This document shows, piece after piece, positions 57,523 to 64,000 of a stretch of DNA of 64,000 nucleotides. The stretch lies in IMG/VR virus record IMGVR_UViG_3300030061_003823; one strand, 5' to 3'. How positions within the stretch are numbered: the first letter of the stretch is position 1; each line of letters opens with the position of its first letter. This DNA is from an uncultured virus (IMG/VR IMGVR_UViG_3300030061_003823) (lineage: Duplodnaviria; Heunggongvirae; Uroviricota; Caudoviricetes). Below the pieces are notes generated by a model. That model saw only the letters and a list, made by a program, of their open reading frames with translations. It did not search any database and was not told the DNA's origin. A program made the translations under genes and the position numbers.

Positions 57523-57820
57523 CTCGTACAGGATATAAATGATAAGTTGTAGTTATTTCTTCTCCTTTCTTAATTTTCTGTGTGGTTACAAGTCGACCTA
57601 TGTCATCTTCGTAAGCAACTCTACTATTTGATTCAGTCCTATGGTTAACAAACCCACCAAGAGGTGTTCTTATATACCCATTTTCGAATCGATCATCTTC
57701 TATATGTGAAACTCCTAATATTACTCCACTCTCTATATCTTCTATAGCATACAATCCCAACCCTTCAATCTCTGAAGATTTAATGGTAAGGCAAGATTTT
57801 AACGGTCTGTAAGTGCTCAT
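57515..57820 (-). CDS. SET domain protein
   Basis: GLGLYA..DI..G, GFVNH...N and KIKKGEEITTTY motifs. Confidence 0.88.
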   Translation of the reverse strand: MSTYRPLKSCLTIKSSEIEGLGLYAIEDIESGVILGVSHIEDDRFENGYIRTPLGGFVNHRTESNSRVAYEDDIGRLVTTQKIKKGEEITTTYHLYPVRDD

Positions 57821-57898
57821 AATTAATATTTGTTTTAATAATAAATACCTATTTAAGTGATTAAATTAAATTATTTAAGTTCAATGTTAGAAAAAGAG

Positions 57899-57972
57899 TA
57901 CACCCGACAGGATTCGAACCTGTGACCTACTGCTTAGAAGGCAGTTGCTCTATCCAGCTGAGCTACGGGTGC
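57899..57972 (-). tRNA. tRNA-Arg (anticodon TCT), CCA not encoded
   Basis: GCACCCG acceptor stem, ACTGC-CTTCTAA-GCAGT anticodon arm, GGTTCGAATCC T-arm. Confidence 0.95.
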
Positions 57973-57987
57973 ATGTTGTAACTATCA

Positions 57988-58335
57988 TTAAACCTCTGAT
58001 TTTTTAGATAATAGTTGTATTGAATTGATTCTGACATCTTTTTGGAGTCCCCATAACTTTATCCAGTTAGAAACTGTCGATTTCACTTTACTATCATCTC
58101 TACGTAAAAATTTTCTAATTGCCCTAGGACCGTAGTGATTAAGATTTTCGTAATTACCTAATGTACTCTCTATTTTTGCGTAGATTTTAATATCTACTTC
58201 GGTACAATCATTACCCCACAAAACCTTTTGGTTTCTAGCACGTAAAACGCGAATAACTCCATCTTTAACATGGATTCCATTTCTAATTTCTAAAGTTTTG
58301 GATTTTAATTTTTTGTTTAGTTCTCTCTTTGTCAT
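57988..58335 (-). CDS. basic hypothetical protein (KLxG family)
   Basis: Start re-assigned to ATG 58335, 4 nt after TATCTTTG (58340-58347). Confidence 0.75.
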   Translation of the reverse strand: MTKRELNKKLKSKTLEIRNGIHVKDGVIRVLRARNQKVLWGNDCTEVDIKIYAKIESTLGNYENLNHYGPRAIRKFLRRDDSKVKSTVSNWIKLWGLQKDVRINSIQLLSKKSEV

Positions 58336-58363
58336 GGTACAAAGATACAAAAATTATTTTTAA

Positions 58364-59386
58364 CTACAAACTTAAATTGTGTATATTTTGAAATGGTTTC
58401 TGAACAATAACTGGAGTACTTCGTGTTGGTGTAGGATATTCTAATTTATCTGTGTATTCAAACTTACCTTCTGAATTCTTTTTAGTCTTTTTTTGTTTTG
58501 GTGTTACTAGTGCTCGACCATCTTCTGTTGCATACCCTAAAAGATCTATCATATCTTCACGTATACCAAACACATTACCTTTAACTAAGTAAGCACCTAT
58601 TGGGTTTAATGGACCTTTAACCATTCTTATATCAAAAACTTTTTTTGATTGTATGAATTTATAAGCGCCATTCTTTTCTACGACTAAGTCGATTCCAAGT
58701 AAGGTATCAATAGGATCACCATTACCTCCTCTATGAATAGTTACCCATCCGTTATTTTCCATTAAGTCTTGGATTGTATCTTCTACCGAGTCTCCTTTAC
58801 CTGTGTAGTATTTAGCCATTCTAGTGTACTTAAATTTATCGGTAGGGTCATCTATTAATTCATCATAGACGGATTGGGGAGCATTTAATGCTTGGTTAAT
58901 TAAATCTTGGAGATTTTTTTTATCACCCTTTTTAATATCATTATATAAATCTTCTATTGGGTAGTCTGAAAATTTCTCTACTAGGTCTGTCATAAAACTA
59001 GCCGTATCAGAATAGTTAGTATTTAATTTATTAATGTAGTCCCACTGATCATCTTCATCGTATATAAAACCTAGAGAATCTAATCTTTCTCTTACTCTTT
59101 GTACAGTTTGTTTTGATTGTGGTTTGGCCTCTTCTATAATATCTAGAATAGCATCAACTGATTTTTGTTTCTCCGAAGAAGTTACATCTCTCCATTTTTT
59201 CTTCTTATGTTCTAGAACTTTATCCACCAAAGGACGAGTCATTTTTATCCATTCAGGAGAATTAACCAAAGTACAAAACTTATGACTATCGGAACCTTTA
59301 TCAAACTTAGAACAAGGTCTTTCTATTACCTCTTCAGATATTAACTTCTTTAATTGTTCTTCATTTAGTTTTATCCTGTGCCCCAT
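58364..59386 (-). CDS. tagged protein with C-terminal PD-(D/E)xK-like nuclease motif
   Basis: RIKLNEEQLKKLISEE tag; E...DTLLGIDLVV...FIQSK. Confidence 0.65.
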   Translation of the reverse strand: MGHRIKLNEEQLKKLISEEVIERPCSKFDKGSDSHKFCTLVNSPEWIKMTRPLVDKVLEHKKKKWRDVTSSEKQKSVDAILDIIEEAKPQSKQTVQRVRERLDSLGFIYDEDDQWDYINKLNTNYSDTASFMTDLVEKFSDYPIEDLYNDIKKGDKKNLQDLINQALNAPQSVYDELIDDPTDKFKYTRMAKYYTGKGDSVEDTIQDLMENNGWVTIHRGGNGDPIDTLLGIDLVVEKNGAYKFIQSKKVFDIRMVKGPLNPIGAYLVKGNVFGIREDMIDLLGYATEDGRALVTPKQKKTKKNSEGKFEYTDKLEYPTPTRSTPVIVQKPFQNIHNLSL

Positions 59387-59389
59387 ACA

Positions 59390-62300
59390 TTATAATCCCA
59401 TTAATTTTTTCATACGAGTTACTTGTTCTTTAAGTTCCTTAGTCTCTGGAGTCTCTGGAGTCACTGGAGTCTCTTGAGGTCTCTCTGTAGGTTTTTCTGT
59501 AGGTTTCTCTGTAGGTTTCACATCTACAGTTTCTTTTTCTTTATCTATGAAATTACCTATTTTAACTCTACTATCTCCTTCAATTCTAAATATGTCACCA
59601 CTTGCGATATCATACGTATATTTCTTATCTGATGGACTAAGGAATAAAGGGTTTGTGTCAACACCATAACCATCAAATTTAACTCTTTGACCTGAATTAT
59701 CTGCCACCGCTTTTGTCCACTGACTCATCTTTTGAGAATGTTCTGGTTTTGGTTGTGCTTTTCTAGTGTCTCCTTTATCATCTCCACCTCCACTTCCTGG
59801 TGGTTGTGGCGGTGCTGTTGGACCAGGAGGCATATTACCTTGTGGAGTAACAACCTCAGGACCAGGCCAAGACGATTCGCAACAAGCTGAACAAGCTGAA
59901 TTTGTTTGGTGAATGTTACAGTTAGTAATTTCAGTAGACCCAATTGGACAGTCTTGTGAAGCTGGAATACAACAATGTAAATAACCTCCAGTTCCAGACG
60001 GACATAACGGTCCTGGAGAATTGTGTATTGGATTACTAGAACTATGAGGATTACCATATGCCCAACCACCTACTGGTATACCACCACCACTAGGCCAAGC
60101 GTTATCGTGACAACACTTATAACTACCTCCACCTGATGGAGGTGATGGAGGACCGCCAAATTTACAACACTCTCTACTCCAAGTCCCATCTGGACATGGA
60201 CATGGTAAATCAATTGGCCAGTGAGGGCCAATAGTAGGAATCTCATTACCAGCACCTACAACATCTTCATTGATTGTGTCATATCTAAAAAATGCGTTAT
60301 GTGCGACATAGTCATTAGCATAATAAGTATTAACAGTGTCCAACACTAGATTGTATGTTAAGTCAGCCATCCCTCCTTTTTCTATTGAGGTGATTTCCAT
60401 TTCTTCTTTGTTCTCCCCTTTAAGTAAGACATCCCCAACTTCTAATCTTAAGGTATCTACCCCATGAGAGAATGGTGCTATCCATTCAGGGTCAATAGAT
60501 TTCCACTCATTTTCACCATCTGTTTTAACTAAGAGAGGGTGATCTTTGGTTACAAAAGCTTCTTCTCCGTTGAATCCATATATCTCAGAGTTTTCATGTT
60601 TTTGTATATGGGTAATTATAGATTTGGTTCCTTGATCATTCAACACTTCTTCTCCTACTTCAACTTCATCTATTCTTTTCTCTGTACCATCACCCATTTT
60701 AATAAGTGTTTTACCCACAAAACAAGTCCAGTCATTGGTACTTACTTTATAACAATCGTCTTCTTGAGTATAACACTCAACCTCTGTTCTATATCCATCA
60801 TATCCGTCTTGTTGGCAAGAATGACATCCTCCATCAATACTAAGTCCTGTATTTTGCTCACCCATTACTTGCCCATCATCTGTCGTTTTCCCACCAGGAC
60901 CACCTCCAGGATTTTCATCTGGACAACATTGCCATGTTTCAGTTATATATGGACATCCTTCACATTCTAATGGACTTTCGTGACAATCAGGGTCACTAGG
61001 ATAAGTTACACACCATTGCCAACCTGGTGTTAATGGTAGTTCTAGTTGACACATCCTTCCACTGTAATTACCAGCAACATCTCTTGGTTGATTTGGGTCA
61101 TCGACACATCTCCAAAATGGTCCATGAGAACAATCAATACATTCAGTATTATCATAACATTCTTGTTCACTCTCCCATGGTCCTACTGGGTCTTCAACAC
61201 AACAAGATACTGATCCAAGTGTAGATAAATCAGGGTCCGGTCGTTGTCCTGGATCTTTGTCCAGTTGTTCCATATCTTGCCATTCTAAATCAGGACCTCC
61301 TGGAATAGCTTTTTGTTCCGCTAACCTTTCTGCATCTATTCCAACCTCTCCTGTTGGAGGGTTTCTATCTATATCTTGTGGTACCATCTTACCTGCTGCT
61401 ACTGCATCGTCTAATGTTTCTCCATCCAATATCCCACCTTTATATACAGGATTACATCTCCATCTTCCTTGACCACATCCTGAGGCCACACAATCATTAA
61501 ATCCACTAGCTCCAGGAAATTGTCCCATTGTTCCTACTCCAGTGTGTGGTACACACATACCTAAAGTTGCTCCAGTAGGTATCTCACAATCATATCCTGC
61601 GTTATATATACAAGATCCGTTATCTTCGAAACAAGCATTAGGGTCATAATTTAATGCTGCTGGATCCATACATCCTTCAACATAACAACAACAACAATTT
61701 TCTTCTACCAAAAGTGGGTAAGGTGATGGTCCATCGTCTGCACAAGCCACCCCAGGTACTGTACTAACACTATTTGGGTCACATTGATTACCAGGATTGA
61801 AAGCCGTTGGGTCCATACATCCTTTACATTCATAATCACATAAAGTCCAATCTGCTACTCCTATTGCTGATGGGTCATAGTCACAAGCTGGTACTAGTGG
61901 TGTCGTTCCTGCTACTGGCCATCCCTTTGCCGCTCTTTCCGCATCGAATTCTCCTCCAAAATTATTACTTCCATCATCCATACAACCAGTTGTTGGCATC
62001 ACACAACAGAAACTAGCTGGACAACAGTCAGCGGTATCATCATACCAAAGTGTTAATGGATTATTACTTATAACTGTGTTATATATACCTAGATCATCAA
62101 CCTCTGTACATGGGTCAGTTGATTGGACTGGTCCGTCATGGGTACAATACCAACAAGAACCTCCACCAGCAATAACTTGCTCTGGTTGACCTGGTATCCA
62201 TTGTCCACTAAAGTAAGCAGATTGACAGTTATATTCACAATCCCAAAGGGGATCGTTCATTATACCTCCAAGTGTTGCATCATTACCGTACCAATCTATT

Positions 62301-64000
62301 TGGTCTAGTGGGATATCGATCAATCCACTCCACTTATCTCTAGTTTGTTGAGCCGTTACATATGGATTTGGACAAGTACTTGTTGCACTATTGTTTGGAT
62401 TTAGTGCTCCTGCGTCATCACAACCAACAATAATTTCATTAATACATCCAGACATGTCTGTTATCACCCCACCAGGGTTAGGTGGGTTGCCAGGTGCTGA
62501 ACCTAATTGCCAATAACCTGGGGGATGAGGAGTACCATTAACGTCTACTGTTGGTGTGTCTCCTACTACATAAGGAAGTGTTACCCAAGATGGTGTTACC
62601 CCATTACCTTCTGTAACAGTTCCAAATTGGTCATATTTTTGTACTACTTGTGTCCAGTATTCACAGAATTGAGGACTTGTACACCCATGTGTTTCTATAC
62701 CACAGTCTGGGTCAGTGTCACATTCACCTTTTGTATTAAATGATAGGTAACCAGGACCATTTGGATCATAAACATAACTTATTGCCGCTAGATAATTTGT
62801 TTCCTGAATACATGGGTCAGATAACTGACCATCATCTTCACAGAAAGAACATCCATTTACTGGATGTGTTTCACAATCCCCACAACCTGAGTTATTACAA
62901 GCTGTTAGAATATCAAAAGCCAGATTTGCATCTCCTTGGAATATGTAGGTTCCCGCGTAATCAATACCCGCAGCAGCACCATTAACAAGTGGATCAATAC
63001 CCAAGGCTGTGTTCGCATCGGCCTCTAAATCCCAGAAAGTTGTATTACCTAGCAGAGTAGCATACTGACCTGAGGTTATATCTACACACCCACCCCATTC
63101 ACCATCATGAGGAGAACCACTTGGTGGTGTGTTAGGATCAACTCCCATATTATCTCCAAAATTAAGACACGCATAGGTAATAGTATTTTGAACTACAGGT
63201 ATACAACATGTAGTGTCAAATGGGTCCGCAGTTGGAGGTCCTTGCCAAGTAGGGTCCCAAGTAAATCCATCCCAAGCTCCCGTCCATAGAGGAGGGGATA
63301 CTGGACATCCATCAGCATTTGGATCATGATTTTGATAAGTTTGTAAGTCTCCAGCTTTACATCCATAACTAAGATACACACATGAACCATTATTCGATGT
63401 CGCCCATGGGTCATAGTTACTAGCCCCATCTGCTGCAACATTAGTACTTCCCGCATCAATACATCCCTCTACTCTACAACATTCGTTATCAGTAGTATTA
63501 ACATAAGAAGCGTTAGGTTGATTTAAGGTATCTGTTAAAGGTAATACAATACCTCCTGCTGGTGCTGGTGTTAATTGTTCTACCGCTGGAGGACTATTAT
63601 CGTTACATGGATATTGCGCCGTCGGACTATAGTTGTTATAAGGTATCGTTTGTCCTGAATCGGCATATTGTTCTTGACAACCCCATGTATATAAACACGC
63701 TGTAGGATCAGATATCCCAGCTGATGCGTTATATGTTAATGAATTCTCATCTTGACATCCACTTATATAAGTACAACATATTATATTATCTTGTGTTGGG
63801 TCTGATGGTGTGACAATCACCCCCGCTCCTGTAGGCCAACCAATATTACCCCAGTAAACTCCAGCAATATTACCTGTTGTATTACATGGTATTTGTGCAC
63901 TAGTATTTTGATTATTAGCATTTGGGTCTGTACACCCTACTGTATATTGACAACATCCAGTATTTCCTGGGTCTATAGTTGCACTTGGGTCTGCTGGATC
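59390..64000 (-). CDS. giant Cys-rich repeat protein with Hint domain, 5'-truncated by the window edge (more than 1530 aa)
   Basis: Frame stays open from 63820 to 64000; GCxD repeats; C-term ELKEQVTRMKKLMGL. Confidence 0.9.
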   Translation of the reverse strand, partial: DPADPSATIDPGNTGCCQYTVGCTDPNANNQNTSAQIPCNTTGNIAGVYWGNIGWPTGAGVIVTPSDPTQDNIICCTYISGCQDENSLTYNASAGISDPTACLYTWGCQEQYADSGQTIPYNNYSPTAQYPCNDNSPPAVEQLTPAPAGGIVLPLTDTLNQPNASYVNTTDNECCRVEGCIDAGSTNVAADGASNYDPWATSNNGSCVYLSYGCKAGDLQTYQNHDPNADGCPVSPPLWTGAWDGFTWDPTWQGPPTADPFDTTCCIPVVQNTITYACLNFGDNMGVDPNTPPSGSPHDGEWGGCVDITSGQYATLLGNTTFWDLEADANTALGIDPLVNGAAAGIDYAGTYIFQGDANLAFDILTACNNSGCGDCETHPVNGCSFCEDDGQLSDPCIQETNYLAAISYVYDPNGPGYLSFNTKGECDTDPDCGIETHGCTSPQFCEYWTQVVQKYDQFGTVTEGNGVTPSWVTLPYVVGDTPTVDVNGTPHPPGYWQLGSAPGNPPNPGGVITDMSGCINEIIVGCDDAGALNPNNSATSTCPNPYVTAQQTRDKWSGLIDIPLDQIDWYGNDATLGGIMNDPLWDCEYNCQSAYFSGQWIPGQPEQVIAGGGSCWYCTHDGPVQSTDPCTEVDDLGIYNTVISNNPLTLWYDDTADCCPASFCCVMPTTGCMDDGSNNFGGEFDAERAAKGWPVAGTTPLVPACDYDPSAIGVADWTLCDYECKGCMDPTAFNPGNQCDPNSVSTVPGVACADDGPSPYPLLVEENCCCCYVEGCMDPAALNYDPNACFEDNGSCIYNAGYDCEIPTGATLGMCVPHTGVGTMGQFPGASGFNDCVASGCGQGRWRCNPVYKGGILDGETLDDAVAAGKMVPQDIDRNPPTGEVGIDAERLAEQKAIPGGPDLEWQDMEQLDKDPGQRPDPDLSTLGSVSCCVEDPVGPWESEQECYDNTECIDCSHGPFWRCVDDPNQPRDVAGNYSGRMCQLELPLTPGWQWCVTYPSDPDCHESPLECEGCPYITETWQCCPDENPGGGPGGKTTDDGQVMGEQNTGLSIDGGCHSCQQDGYDGYRTEVECYTQEDDCYKVSTNDWTCFVGKTLIKMGDGTEKRIDEVEVGEEVLNDQGTKSIITHIQKHENSEIYGFNGEEAFVTKDHPLLVKTDGENEWKSIDPEWIAPFSHGVDTLRLEVGDVLLKGENKEEMEITSIEKGGMADLTYNLVLDTVNTYYANDYVAHNAFFRYDTINEDVVGAGNEIPTIGPHWPIDLPCPCPDGTWSRECCKFGGPPSPPSGGGSYKCCHDNAWPSGGGIPVGGWAYGNPHSSSNPIHNSPGPLCPSGTGGYLHCCIPASQDCPIGSTEITNCNIHQTNSACSACCESSWPGPEVVTPQGNMPPGPTAPPQPPGSGGGDDKGDTRKAQPKPEHSQKMSQWTKAVADNSGQRVKFDGYGVDTNPLFLSPSDKKYTYDIASGDIFRIEGDSRVKIGNFIDKEKETVDVKPTEKPTEKPTERPQETPVTPETPETKELKEQVTRMKKLMGL
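60296..60724 (-). other. Hint (intein-like) domain, about 143 aa, no endonuclease
   Basis: CFVGKTLI block A, VTKDHP block B, TYNLVL...YYANDYVAHN blocks F/G, followed by Ala. Confidence 0.9.

Noticed and set aside
1..64000. Alternative genetic code or eukaryotic virus origin
   Set aside because: Known genes translate full length with the standard code using TAA, TAG and TGA stops; promoters, terminators and the T9SS domain indicate a bacterial host

Overview
This AT-rich, gene-dense window is most consistent with part of a large (jumbo-type) dsDNA phage infecting marine Bacteroidota/Flavobacteria. Support for that host comes from many TAnnTTTG host-type promoters, a T9SS type-B sorting domain protein and outer-membrane beta-barrel genes. 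No capsid, terminase or polymerase gene is present, so the phage call is an inference. Recognisable genes: tRNA-Pro(TGG), tRNA-Arg(TCT), clpP, cyclophilin, uvsE, ATP-dependent DNA ligase (split by an assembly gap), deoC, a nucleoside deoxyribosyltransferase-like gene, ferredoxin, a CDGSH protein, a 2OG-Fe(II) oxygenase, a cytidylyltransferase, SprT, a thermonuclease, SET and 3D-domain proteins, and several PD-(D/E)xK-like nucleases. Main observations: (1) A TROVE/Ro60-like vWA gene is followed, before its terminator, by two structured non-coding elements sharing a stem-CNGCAA-stem-CUGA architecture; these are candidate Y-RNA-like partners. (2) A large family of modular Cys/Gly/Pro-rich proteins and some enzymes carries shared terminal tags (MNLRENIKKELRLLxE-Q, KKIRLxESDL, LREExxRIKxLM) that resemble prohead-protease L/I-x-E processing or packaging signals. 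(3) A secreted three-gene cassette ends in a T9SS cargo protein. (4) Hint and S74 self-cleaving domains occur in tagged proteins. (5) Two promoter classes are visible. (6) A 1.1 kb G/C-tract non-coding region carries DnaA-box-like sites.
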